IMG/VR virus record: IMGVR_UViG_3300025108_004223
Location: 1-64,000 of that record
Reading direction: 5' to 3' (one strand)
Origin: a virus
Length of the DNA: 64,000 bases
Part shown: piece after piece, positions 48,608 through 57,890 of the stretch
Numbering within the stretch: the stretch's first letter is position 1
How the letters are laid out: every line of letters starts with the position of its first letter
The notes under the pieces: model-generated
What the model was told of the DNA's origin: nothing
Seen by the model: the letters and a program-made list of their open reading frames with translations, nothing else
The model's database searches: none
Program-made: the position numbers and the translations under genes

Positions 48608-48636
48608 TTGACAAGTAAGACATCTTACTGTATACT
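48608..48636 (+). promoter_or_regulatory. Sigma70-type early promoter with palindromic spacer
   Basis: TTGACA-17 bp-TATACT, spacer AGTAAGACATCTTACT. Confidence 0.82.
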
Positions 48637-48681
48637 GTAAGTATAAAGAATAAAATTTTAACTACAAAGCGAGGAAATAAC

Positions 48682-49041
48682 ATGGAATACACAGTAACTG
48701 AAATGGAAGATATTGGAGTTAAGGCAACACAGGCTGCAAGAAATGCCGCAGGTGATTACCTTGTTGAGAAACTAGGTGGTAAAGATAATTATCCTTGTGG
48801 GTTTGCATGGGTTACTGTTTATCCTGAAAATAAGGGTAATACTAAACTAGGTAAAGCCGAAAGAGGATTACTTGAAAGTATTGGTTTCGAGAAAGATTGG
48901 ACTGGTAAAGCATATCAAATTTGGAATCCAAGTAAGGTTAATGTTCAAAATGTTGACGTTAAAGAAGCAGGTGCTCAAGCATATGCAGACATAATGAAAG
49001 CGGCTGGGTTTAAAGCATATGCTGGTTCAAGGTTAGACTAA
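48682..49041 (+). CDS. Hypothetical early protein
   Basis: CGFAWV motif, own promoter, SD GAGG. Confidence 0.65.
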   Translation: MEYTVTEMEDIGVKATQAARNAAGDYLVEKLGGKDNYPCGFAWVTVYPENKGNTKLGKAERGLLESIGFEKDWTGKAYQIWNPSKVNVQNVDVKEAGAQAYADIMKAAGFKAYAGSRLD

Positions 49042-49056
49042 TTAGGAGAATAATAA

Positions 49057-49188
49057 ATGGATTACAAGGAAAGTAAAGATATAACTAAAATAGTAGGTGT
49101 GTGTGCTGGTATTATGGCTATTATGTTTCTCACAGTTTATATTGGAAACATAGCAATACTCAGTTATTTACCTGCTGATTTCGGATAA
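49057..49188 (+). CDS. Small single-TM protein (43 aa), not in the ORF track
   Basis: SD AGGAG, MDYKESKDITKIVGVCAGIMAIMFLTV. Confidence 0.45.
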   Translation: MDYKESKDITKIVGVCAGIMAIMFLTVYIGNIAILSYLPADFG

Positions 49189-49197
49189 GGAGATAAT

Positions 49198-49335
49198 ATG
49201 GAAACCTGGGAAAAAGATTTAAATGAAAACATGAAATCAATTAGAAGCTCATATGAAAGCATTATGAGAATTGGTTACTCTATCATGGGTGTTATGATTC
49301 TTTGGATTGGCATTGAAATAGGAAAAATGTTATGA
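49198..49335 (+). CDS. Small single-TM protein (45 aa), not in the ORF track
   Basis: SD AGGAG, ATGA overlap with the next gene. Confidence 0.45.
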   Translation: METWEKDLNENMKSIRSSYESIMRIGYSIMGVMILWIGIEIGKML

Positions 49336-49784
49336 AAAAGTTTACAATTTTAATGTGTTTAGTTTTAGCGACAGTTATTACAGGTTCTGCGTTCGCACAA
49401 TCAGTAACACTTACTGCTGAACAAGTTGAAAAGATTGAAGCACATATTATTGGACTTGATAAACAAATATCTGAGTTAACCAGAATTAAAGAGATTCAGG
49501 CTAATGCTATTAAAGAGTTAACTAAAAAGAATTTAGATCAGGCAAAACTTCTTAAACAGAAGATGTCTACTGAAGTTGAAGTTTTAAAAGTTAATTGTAA
49601 ACTTTATGAAGAACTAGTTAATGGCAAATGTAAAAGAAAAATAATTAGTTCGCCGGTGAAAATGAGTAATAGTGGTATTTGTCATACGCCAGGTAGCACT
49701 TATTATTCCAGAACTCATAATTATAAATCATACACAAGTCTTTCTGCATGTTTAAATGCAGGTGGACGTAGACCTAAAAACTAA
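49332..49784 (+). CDS. Exported coiled-coil protein with C-terminal Cys/His mini-domain
   Basis: Signal peptide; VKMSNSGICH.PGSTYY...CLNAGGRRP. Confidence 0.55.
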   Translation: MKKFTILMCLVLATVITGSAFAQSVTLTAEQVEKIEAHIIGLDKQISELTRIKEIQANAIKELTKKNLDQAKLLKQKMSTEVEVLKVNCKLYEELVNGKCKRKIISSPVKMSNSGICHTPGSTYYSRTHNYKSYTSLSACLNAGGRRPKN

Positions 49785-49794
49785 AGGAGACAAT

Positions 49795-49983
49795 ATGAAA
49801 AATACAATCATAGCAATAGCAATAACATTTGCAATTATTTTTGCATTCATTAGTAGTGTTGAAGCAAAAAGGGTTCACAAGTTGGAAGATCAACTAGAAG
49901 CACATAAAATGGCTATAACATTTGCCAACAGTGCAATACATACATTTGCAGATCCTCATTTCAAAGTAGTAAGCGAAAGGTAA
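49795..49983 (+). CDS. Small membrane-anchored protein
   Basis: SD AGGAG, MKNTIIAIAITFAIIF. Confidence 0.5.
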   Translation: MKNTIIAIAITFAIIFAFISSVEAKRVHKLEDQLEAHKMAITFANSAIHTFADPHFKVVSER

Positions 49984-49989
49984 ATAGAA

Positions 49990-50163
49990 ATGGTAGATAT
50001 TTTAAAAGATATTGAAGTGCTAGAAAATGCACTTATTCAAATCCAAGAAGGTGCAAGCGATGAAGTATACGGTGCACTATGGAGCTTGGAAAAACTGTTA
50101 TTAGAAAAGAAGGACATAGTTGCTGAATTTGAAGCAACTGCTCCTAACACTATAGGAGGTTAG
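49990..50163 (+). CDS. Small acidic protein, not in the ORF track
   Basis: MVDILKDIEVLENALIQIQEGASDE... fills the gap in the co-oriented series. Confidence 0.45.
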   Translation: MVDILKDIEVLENALIQIQEGASDEVYGALWSLEKLLLEKKDIVAEFEATAPNTIGG

Positions 50164-50166
50164 ACT

Positions 50167-50625
50167 ATGAGAAACATTGGTAGAGGATTAATTGTTATAG
50201 CCATTTTAATTGTTGGCTTTATAATTGCAAATCCAATATTTGCAAAAGAAGTAGAGATGGTAGAATATGATTTTCCTATCACAAGAATTATTGATGGTGA
50301 TACTGTAGCCTTTGAGGCAAACTTTTTACCTGATCCACTTAAACAAGAATTAAGTATTCGTGTATATGGTGTTGATACTCCCGAAAAGAGTTGGAGAGCA
50401 GAATGTGATGAAGAAGCATTATGGGGCGAGGAAGCCTCACAGTTTACTAAAGATATGATAAATTCAGCCACTACAATACAAGTAGCCATTTACAAATGGG
50501 ATAAATTTGGTGGGCGAGTATTAGGTGATATTATTATCGATGGAAATAGCCTAAGACATATGCTTATTGAAAACGGATTCGCACGTGAATACTATGGAGA
50601 TAAAAAGGAGAGCTGGTGCGATTAG
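50167..50625 (+). CDS. Thermonuclease (SNase-like) with signal/TM anchor
   Basis: IIDGDTV, IRVYGVDTPE, DKFGGRVLG, LIENGFAREY. Confidence 0.88.
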   Translation: MRNIGRGLIVIAILIVGFIIANPIFAKEVEMVEYDFPITRIIDGDTVAFEANFLPDPLKQELSIRVYGVDTPEKSWRAECDEEALWGEEASQFTKDMINSATTIQVAIYKWDKFGGRVLGDIIIDGNSLRHMLIENGFAREYYGDKKESWCD

Positions 50626-50647
50626 CACTAGTTAAAAGGGAGACAGG

Positions 50648-50672
50648 AAAACGCCTTAACTGGCGTTTTTTT
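50648..50672. terminator. Probably bidirectional terminator between convergent blocks
   Basis: AAAACGCC-ttaact-GGCGTTTTTTT between stops at 50625 (+) and 50677 (-). Confidence 0.75.
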
Positions 50673-50676
50673 GTGA

Positions 50677-51033
50677 CTAATTATTGCTACAGTTGTTGAC
50701 ACATACCTGAGGCGGCTTGTCACTTTTCCACCCATCATAGTATATGTAAGTTTGAAATATTTCATGTGCAATAATTTCATCAAGACTATGATATTCCAAA
50801 TTATTCCAGTTAGGATCATTATTCATTAGGTCCATAATCCTTTCATCTTCAACAAATGCAATAGAGTCGTATTCTTTAACACGACCTTCGTTATTGTAAA
50901 CGTCTCGTAGAGTCCATGCATTACTGAAAAAGCAACAAGGCCATACTTTATTATCTGGAGTTACTTCCCAACGTCTTATATTTTGGATATGATCCATTGC
51001 CTTGCATTTGATATTACATTTAGACATAATCAA
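50677..51033 (-). CDS. Stand-alone SPASM/twitch-like Fe-S domain protein
   Basis: CNIKCK...VTPDNKVWPCC...CVNNC, with no CxxxCxxC. Confidence 0.65.
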   Translation of the reverse strand: MIMSKCNIKCKAMDHIQNIRRWEVTPDNKVWPCCFFSNAWTLRDVYNNEGRVKEYDSIAFVEDERIMDLMNNDPNWNNLEYHSLDEIIAHEIFQTYIYYDGWKSDKPPQVCVNNCSNN

Positions 51034-51674
51034 TATCCTATATTAATTCCATTGTCGTCACATAATTTATTACATGCCTGCATATTTTCATCAGTTATTA
51101 ATCCATATGATCTATTATTGTAACGGAATATAATTCCAATATTCATATTGTCTGCTATTTGTTTAGCCAGTGTAACCTGTTGCCAATTCCAATCAAATAT
51201 TATATACAACCATTGTGCATATCCACCATTGTCAGCAAATGCTTTCATGTTGTTTATTGCACGTTCAAAATCAACACCTTCTCTATACAACCAATTAACA
51301 TCATGTGTAGCGCCATCTATTGCAAAATCTATCTTTAATCTTTTTTTATACTTTTTTGCAATCGACTCATACCAACCAGGTGCTCGTAACCCACCATTTG
51401 TTGATATAGTAACCATTGGTGCATAATTTAATGCGGTTTCGATAAAGTTATCAACTTGAGGATGCATCATAGGATCGCCAAACTCACCACAAAATTCAAT
51501 ATCATCAAGCTCTACATTTTTAAGATTAGCAAGTCTTTTTTCAAACACATTTAAGTCCATGTGCTTTAATTCAAGCCATGATTCTTTCTCACCTGTGTCC
51601 TCGTTTGTTCTAGCACAACTTCTACACTTAGCTTGGCAATAAGTGGTTAATGCAAAGTCAAAAGAATGTTTCAT
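51030..51674 (-). CDS. Short radical SAM protein lacking a SPASM domain
   Basis: CQAKCRSC, FCGEFGDP, STNGG, AIDG. Confidence 0.85.
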   Translation of the reverse strand: MKHSFDFALTTYCQAKCRSCARTNEDTGEKESWLELKHMDLNVFEKRLANLKNVELDDIEFCGEFGDPMMHPQVDNFIETALNYAPMVTISTNGGLRAPGWYESIAKKYKKRLKIDFAIDGATHDVNWLYREGVDFERAINNMKAFADNGGYAQWLYIIFDWNWQQVTLAKQIADNMNIGIIFRYNNRSYGLITDENMQACNKLCDDNGINIGY

Positions 51675-52306
51675 CTTTCACTCAGATGATCCCTTATAAA
51701 CAAATAGCTATCATCTGTTAACTTGGCATTGACTACTAACCAAATACTATCATAATTAGTGCTACAATTAAATAATGTGTGTGCTTTTGTAGTATTCACT
51801 ACGTAACATTGTCCAATCTCAAAGTTAAGTGTTGTATCTTCTAACATAAATCTACAATGAGGCGCATTACAATTTTCTATACCCCATATAAGTCTAAAAC
51901 TAGTTTGCTCACCAAACACATGATCTCTGTGTGGCGGGAAGTATCCGCCTGGTGGCAGTTTTAGGAAGTGCGATCTAACACTCCAATCTAACATAGGACC
52001 CATTACTCGTTGTAGCTCAGAGCTGGTATTATATAATTCTGTAGGAACATTAAAATCATCTTCATGCCATGTTGTTCCATGTTCACGGTTATATTGTCTT
52101 AAACTATCTAATGCAGGACCTGGTCCACATTTGCCACGTTCGTTGAGAACACATAAGCCGTCACGTTTAATCCAATCTTTGTGTGGATTATATTGAGACC
52201 ATTTGTCGTTGTGTGGTGTAACTTCATGTAGTAATTGATCTACATCAAATTCAGCATCGATTTGATAAAAATCACCCCACTGCGTAATTTTTGAAATGTC
52301 ATTCAT
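51671..52306 (-). CDS. Asp/Asn beta-hydroxylase-like 2OG-Fe(II) oxygenase
   Basis: LPPGGYFPPHRD ... NTTKAHTLFN. Confidence 0.78.
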   Translation of the reverse strand: MNDISKITQWGDFYQIDAEFDVDQLLHEVTPHNDKWSQYNPHKDWIKRDGLCVLNERGKCGPGPALDSLRQYNREHGTTWHEDDFNVPTELYNTSSELQRVMGPMLDWSVRSHFLKLPPGGYFPPHRDHVFGEQTSFRLIWGIENCNAPHCRFMLEDTTLNFEIGQCYVVNTTKAHTLFNCSTNYDSIWLVVNAKLTDDSYLFIRDHLSER

Positions 52307-52315
52307 TTTGATTTC

Positions 52316-53152
52316 CTACTTGTCGTGTGTGTTGACATAGTTCTGCTTGAACGATGTCTGTGGATTCTCTCCGCCTTTTACACGTTTGTCTAGATGTTTT
52401 ACATATTGAATCATGCCATGATCAGAAAATGAATCTAACCTGCCTTTAAACAATCCTCTGATAATACCACGCCATACGTCTTTGATACGTTGCCAGCCTG
52501 TTAGGTTTCTTAAGTTTCCATAGTGATTAAAGTATTGACAATGTCCATGATGAACATAACCAAATATTAAGAATGGAACTCTAGTTACTATATCTGCATT
52601 ATTAACCCAACGATAATGAGTGAATGGAAAGTTTTCAATATACGTTCTCCACCCAACTCTAGGTGAGCCAAATGTATGTAGTTCTTTTGGATTATTTAAA
52701 GCACTGTCACCTCTACAACGGCTTGCTACTATAGTTGACATAGCTGCACCAAGTGAATGTCCACAGAACCAAATACTACGTTTTGATTGCTCTCTAATTA
52801 GGTCTTCTTTAATTAAATCCCATAATTTATCTACTTCGCCTTTAAATCCACCATGCACTCTGCCTATTGTTTCTGCAACAACTGGAAATGCTCTAGCGTC
52901 TGCTTTAATATCATTGTATTGTGTTGGCTGTGTGCCTCTACATGCAATCACTAAATCATGTTTATTCATAAAGCGATATGCTTCTGCGCCATCTATATTA
53001 TAAAACTCAACAGTAGTGAATCCTAATTTCCTTGCTAGTTTTTTAACCTCAGTTACTTTATAATAAGCAATCTGGGCCAGTTCTGCAAATAATAAGGCTC
53101 TTTTGTTACCTGACAGTAATTCTATTTTATTTGTTAGTTTTATGCTAAACAT
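52316..53152 (-). CDS. Class 3 lipase
   Basis: IACRGT, CGHSLGAA, TFGSPRVG, VNNADIVTRVP. Confidence 0.88.
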   Translation of the reverse strand: MFSIKLTNKIELLSGNKRALLFAELAQIAYYKVTEVKKLARKLGFTTVEFYNIDGAEAYRFMNKHDLVIACRGTQPTQYNDIKADARAFPVVAETIGRVHGGFKGEVDKLWDLIKEDLIREQSKRSIWFCGHSLGAAMSTIVASRCRGDSALNNPKELHTFGSPRVGWRTYIENFPFTHYRWVNNADIVTRVPFLIFGYVHHGHCQYFNHYGNLRNLTGWQRIKDVWRGIIRGLFKGRLDSFSDHGMIQYVKHLDKRVKGGENPQTSFKQNYVNTHDK

Positions 53153-53156
53153 ATAT

Positions 53157-53165
53157 GTATTTATA
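53157..53165 (-). promoter_or_regulatory. T4-like late promoter consensus upstream of the lipase
   Basis: Minus strand TATAAATAC immediately before the ATG at 53152. Confidence 0.55.
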
Positions 53166-54282
53166 CTCTACGCTTAGGTATCTTGCTATCAGCACTACTA
53201 ACACATGCTTTTGTTGTGCATAATGTAGGTTTATCAAACAATTTAAAGCCGGTTTCAATATTACCTAACGGTTGATCACCACAACTATAACTACGTTTTA
53301 TACTTCCATCTGGCTCTCTAATAATGATACCTTGGTATCCACTGTTACACATCCAGCCTTTGAAATTGTTAAAATCAAATGCATTAAAACGTTCTGCTTG
53401 GTCCATATACCATTTCTTGCCTTGTGAGTCTGTAAACTCTACTTGCATGTGCCATGGAACACTTGCATCATTTCTGCCTATTGTATAATCTGGAATTTCA
53501 AATTTAGGTTTAGGACGTTTAACTACCCTTGCTTCTGCAGCCTTTTGCTCTGTATAACTACGCTGTGGCATTCCATTGTGTAATTTTGCTTTCATTTCAT
53601 CTGTGTAACCCTCAACAACTTTACTTGCTGTTGGATCACTTTGTGGTTTGAGTGTTACGTTAATACCTTGCTTGTGAAAGAACAATGCATTATCATAATA
53701 CAAGTCAAATACTTCTGGAACCATAACCATGTTAATAGTTACCTGCACATCATGTTGTTGACATAATACTAATTTGTCTGCAAGGTCTTGCATCTTCTCT
53801 GGAGTATCAACATGCTCTACGTGTAAACTACATGTGATACTTGCTCTGTGAAAATGACTTGCATAGTCAACATATGTTTTAAACCATTTTATAGGTCTAC
53901 TACAATTGCTTGTCATGTGTATACTTGTATAGTTTGTGTTATGCACATCATCTGCTAAATGTTTTAGCATGTCTAAATAACCCGGATGGAACGTAGGCTC
54001 ACCTCCACTTAAACTAAAGTGAAAACTATTGAATCCATTCTGTCTTGCTTGGCGTTTTATCTCGTCTATTGTTTTGAGATTGAGTTCGGTAGGACGGTGG
54101 TCTTTACGGTCGCTACGGGCATAAGGCCAACAATAGCTGCATCTGTAGTTGCAGAATCTTCCCAATAGCCAACTAACTGTAAACAAATCACGATACAACA
54201 AAGTCCGCTGACCAACTTGAACCAAGTCGTCAAAAGGTATTTTTGTGAAATCATAATTACTCCAATTCAGTTCTTCACTCAT
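53161..54282 (-). CDS. Radical SAM protein with C-terminal twitch-like Cys motif
   Basis: CNYRCSYC, LSGGEPT, CNSG...C...C....C. Confidence 0.9.
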   Translation of the reverse strand: MSEELNWSNYDFTKIPFDDLVQVGQRTLLYRDLFTVSWLLGRFCNYRCSYCWPYARSDRKDHRPTELNLKTIDEIKRQARQNGFNSFHFSLSGGEPTFHPGYLDMLKHLADDVHNTNYTSIHMTSNCSRPIKWFKTYVDYASHFHRASITCSLHVEHVDTPEKMQDLADKLVLCQQHDVQVTINMVMVPEVFDLYYDNALFFHKQGINVTLKPQSDPTASKVVEGYTDEMKAKLHNGMPQRSYTEQKAAEARVVKRPKPKFEIPDYTIGRNDASVPWHMQVEFTDSQGKKWYMDQAERFNAFDFNNFKGWMCNSGYQGIIIREPDGSIKRSYSCGDQPLGNIETGFKLFDKPTLCTTKACVSSADSKIPKRRV

Positions 54283-54294
54283 TTAAAATATTTC

Positions 54295-54855
54295 CTAATC
54301 ATGCTGTAATGGATCTACGCTCAGTTCATTAACTGATAAGTGTTCGGGCATATCAATTACATATTCTATTAAATCTACTGCTTCGTCTAGTGTCATTGTT
54401 TTACGTCCTGGGTGTTTATGTGCATGGTTCTCTAATGTGCCAAATGTAACATAACTTACCTTAGGACCACCTTGCCAAATGCTTTTTAAACCCATTGCAT
54501 TGCTTGTGCTACGCAAGGCCTTTTTTTCTTGTTGATAAAGCCAATCGCTACCCTTTGTAGCTCTGTCAGTTGTAGAGCTTAAATTGACTATATGTAGTCG
54601 TTTAAGGTGTCTTAAACTGGTTTTATAGACTACATCTAGTAGCAAGGTTTGATTGAAGTGCCATAATGCACTACAGTTAATAAAAACGTCAAAGTTAAGA
54701 GCCTTTTCTGCGAGCTTAGATCTATAGCCATTTTCAGTTAAATCGTAACCCCATGTGGTTCTACTAACAAATGTTGCATTAGGCCAGCGTTTAGCAATAG
54801 CACTTGCTACACCTTCTTCTGGATTGCCTGTGCATAGTATTGTTTTAGACATCAA
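54295..54855 (-). CDS. Short-chain dehydrogenase/reductase-like protein
   Basis: ILCTG...GVASAIA, FINCSA, IVNLSS, YQQEK (YxxxK). Confidence 0.7.
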   Translation of the reverse strand: MMSKTILCTGNPEEGVASAIAKRWPNATFVSRTTWGYDLTENGYRSKLAEKALNFDVFINCSALWHFNQTLLLDVVYKTSLRHLKRLHIVNLSSTTDRATKGSDWLYQQEKKALRSTSNAMGLKSIWQGGPKVSYVTFGTLENHAHKHPGRKTMTLDEAVDLIEYVIDMPEHLSVNELSVDPLQHD

Positions 54856-56071
54856 TGTATCCTTTAAACTCAGGACATGCTACAAGTAGTTCACCACGTT
54901 GTAATGTATCCATTTTTAAATTATAGTCTATAAACTGTTGCCATAGTTTGTCATGCCAATCTTCGGCTCTCATATACTTTAATGTGTCCATTACTTTGGG
55001 CCATTTCTGATAAGGCAGTAAACTTAGTATTGCTTTCTCTTTTAGTGCATTAGGTAGCACTCGTATATTCATGCAATCTGGGTGGTTAAGAATATTGAGA
55101 TAAACTTGGTCACCTTCTAACCCACGTGACTCTGCAAAATCTAACAGTTCATGTAACGCACATATGTTAAGGACTTGAACTGTGCAATGTATTTGAATAT
55201 CTACATTATCAAACGTGTTTAGCTCGTCGAAGTTTTTCTCTACTTTTTCCCAACTACTTGGATAACGGATGTATCTATCTCGGTCCCCTACTGCATCAAT
55301 ACTACAGTTAAGTTGGACCCGTTTAAACTTGCTCCAATATTCAATCATCTTAGGTGGAATGTTAGTTAGGTTAGTATTGTATTTTAATTTAATTCCACTC
55401 GCTAAATCGTTTTCAATACAGTAGTCTAGTAATTTATATTGTGATGTAGCAAGTGTAGGTTCACCACCCGTTAAATATATTTCTTGAACTGTATGTGCAA
55501 TGTCTTGAAAGTTTAGCCCAGTTTTCTTAAAGTCTGGCCATTCTGTCATTACATTCATAAATTTTAAAGTCTCACCTGTAAGCTCTACTGGTGGGTCTAA
55601 TTTTGCTGTTGGAATAACTTCGTTCCAATCTTTAATCCACATGCTACTTGCCCAAGGATTACACATTCTACATTTTAAATTACACAAGTTACCCAAACGT
55701 AAATCTACATAACGCACATCTACTGGAATCTCAGTATCTACCTTAACATCATCTGTCCACCATTTTTCATTAAAGCCTGCACGTGGACTGCGTATACCTG
55801 CATCTTCTTCACGGAAACATCTTACACACATTTCTGGTTTCTCACCATCAATAAGCTGTTGTCGTATTTTTGTGTATGTAGGACTGTTCCATACTTCTTC
55901 CAAATCGTTCTTATAAATTTTGTATGGTTTGTCTGTTTCAGGGTTTATAATTTGGTTTGTGTTAGGATTACTATTACAGCATACTCTAAACGAACCAGCG
56001 GCATTTGTTGCCACATGCATAAATGGTAATACGCAAAATGTTTTACTTGGTAATGGTTTATCTGTTTTCAT
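54845..56071 (-). CDS. Radical SAM protein with N-terminal twitch/SPASM-like domain
   Basis: FCVLPF...VCC...CVRCF; CNLKCRMC; LTGGEP. Confidence 0.9.
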   Translation of the reverse strand: MKTDKPLPSKTFCVLPFMHVATNAAGSFRVCCNSNPNTNQIINPETDKPYKIYKNDLEEVWNSPTYTKIRQQLIDGEKPEMCVRCFREEDAGIRSPRAGFNEKWWTDDVKVDTEIPVDVRYVDLRLGNLCNLKCRMCNPWASSMWIKDWNEVIPTAKLDPPVELTGETLKFMNVMTEWPDFKKTGLNFQDIAHTVQEIYLTGGEPTLATSQYKLLDYCIENDLASGIKLKYNTNLTNIPPKMIEYWSKFKRVQLNCSIDAVGDRDRYIRYPSSWEKVEKNFDELNTFDNVDIQIHCTVQVLNICALHELLDFAESRGLEGDQVYLNILNHPDCMNIRVLPNALKEKAILSLLPYQKWPKVMDTLKYMRAEDWHDKLWQQFIDYNLKMDTLQRGELLVACPEFKGYIDV

Positions 56072-56191
56072 TATTTTTAGTTTTTTGACCTTTTCCCGAT
56101 AGGTATTTTACAGTAGTTGGTTGACCAAATACTTTTATATATAATCGTGTAAAAAAAGCTTCTATCTTGCTCATAACATTATTATTTATTT

Positions 56192-57163
56192 TTAAATAAA
56201 ATCCTGATAGTTTGTTCCATGTATTTTATCCATAATTTTACTTTGTTCTATCAATGTCTTTCTTAGTATTCCATCTTGCATAGCATCTGGCGACATAAAT
56301 GCTGGGCTAATTACTGGTGTTGATTTATACCAGTTAATTTTATTATCCTGGCACCAAGTTATTATCTCATCTAAATTGTTACGGTTAAAAACCATTGGTA
56401 ATACTGTAACTGTTAGATTTGTATTCTTAGGTTTGTGCTTATTAAATATAACAGTGTTATTGCTTGTTGTCAACCAACTTGAACCAGGTCGTATATATTC
56501 ATATCTGTCACCTACTGCTTCTATGCTTATGTTAATATAGACTTGCTTAAATTTCTCAAAGTAATGATTCCATGCAGTCATGTCATGGCTTCCATTTGTT
56601 ATTAGATGTAATTCAATTGCTGGTGCTACATCTTCATCTATTAGTCGTTGTATAATCTTTTTTACTTGTGGTATCATAAATGGTTCACCACCTGTAAACT
56701 TTACAATTTTTGCATCTAACATAAGATGACTAAACTCTAATGATTGTTTAACCCAACCTGTATCTTTTAATTTGTCAAATTGAGGGTGCCAATTCTCTTG
56801 TTGATTTTCTTTAATTATTTTTGCCCATGTGCTACTGCTTGTTTGATTACACATTCTGCATGCAAAGTTGCAAGTGTTGTTTATTTTTAGGTCCCAATGC
56901 TTAATCCCTACTTCGTTCTCAAACTGCTCGTTATATTTCGTGCGTAAACTTTGTCCTGTTAGTTCTTCGCTTAATTTACATTCAGCACATTCGTTTAGCC
57001 ATTCTGTTTCGCTACGCTTACTCCATTCAGCATGACGTGTTTCCCAATCGTCATCCCAATATAAATTCTTTGTTCCTCTTTTTACCTGAAATGCACAACA
57101 AGGTCGCACTGCTCCAGTAGGTCCTATTGTTACACCGTTTTTAAATATCGAACATCTTGGCAT
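56192..57163 (-). CDS. Radical SAM protein with N-terminal twitch/SPASM-like domain
   Basis: CSIF...PCC...CAEC; CNFACRMC; FTGGEP. Confidence 0.9.
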   Translation of the reverse strand: MPRCSIFKNGVTIGPTGAVRPCCAFQVKRGTKNLYWDDDWETRHAEWSKRSETEWLNECAECKLSEELTGQSLRTKYNEQFENEVGIKHWDLKINNTCNFACRMCNQTSSSTWAKIIKENQQENWHPQFDKLKDTGWVKQSLEFSHLMLDAKIVKFTGGEPFMIPQVKKIIQRLIDEDVAPAIELHLITNGSHDMTAWNHYFEKFKQVYINISIEAVGDRYEYIRPGSSWLTTSNNTVIFNKHKPKNTNLTVTVLPMVFNRNNLDEIITWCQDNKINWYKSTPVISPAFMSPDAMQDGILRKTLIEQSKIMDKIHGTNYQDFI

Positions 57164-57890
57164 AATTTTTGTTTACTATTTTCTTAAATTCATATGATGG
57201 TCCACCATCGAATATCATATGTATACGTGGTTCGTCACTGCGATTCCATACTGCATGATAATGACCAGTGTTTATTTTTATTGCACGACCTGGAGCATAT
57301 GGCATAGCGCCGTAATCTTGTATGACTAGTTTACACCCATCTGGATTATTAATAGCAACGTTAGTTGCTCCTAGCCCTGTTATTCGATCTCTGTCTGTAT
57401 GCGGCCTAATCCATCCGTTTGGTAGCAGGGCCATAAATCTAACACGACTAAAGTTTTCGTATAGCATTTCATCTTGCATCCACTCTTTAGTAATTGGTGT
57501 ATATCTGCTAATATCTGTCCAGTCACTTAATTCATGTTCTGCTTCGTCTGGCATTCCATAATCTTCTGGACAATTAGTATGCACACTACTCATACCATGC
57601 ACACATAAACTTAACCAGCCGCCGCCACTGTTTGCTCTGTGTAAACTAAAGCATTCAGTTTCTAGCAAGTGTATTGCTTCTGCATGTATTTCTTTCCATG
57701 GCACATTAATATCTGGTAATGTTACCCAAGGAACACGTGTGTTGTCCATTATGTCGTTAATTTCATCTGCTATAATTTGTTGTTTATCAGCATCAGCAGG
57801 ATTAGTATTTTTATTTTCGTGTTCGTAGAACCAATCTTTTGCCTCTTCGTCAATTTCTTCCCAATATGCTAATCGTTTATAAGTTTCCAT
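57141..57890 (-). CDS. Asp/Asn beta-hydroxylase-like 2OG-Fe(II) oxygenase
   Basis: LLPNGWIRPHTD ... NTGHYHAVWNRSDEPRIHMIFD. Confidence 0.82.
   Translation of the reverse strand: METYKRLAYWEEIDEEAKDWFYEHENKNTNPADADKQQIIADEINDIMDNTRVPWVTLPDINVPWKEIHAEAIHLLETECFSLHRANSGGGWLSLCVHGMSSVHTNCPEDYGMPDEAEHELSDWTDISRYTPITKEWMQDEMLYENFSRVRFMALLPNGWIRPHTDRDRITGLGATNVAINNPDGCKLVIQDYGAMPYAPGRAIKINTGHYHAVWNRSDEPRIHMIFDGGPSYEFKKIVNKNYAKMFDI

Noticed and set aside
53161-54282. Calling one of the radical SAMs QueE or NrdG
   Set aside because: None has the QueE N-terminal QGEG region or the short NrdG architecture, and all but one carry auxiliary Cys domains.
56121-56145. Antisense sigma70 promoter inside the minus-strand cluster (TTGACC...TATAAT)
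   Set aside because: The spacer is only 13 bp.
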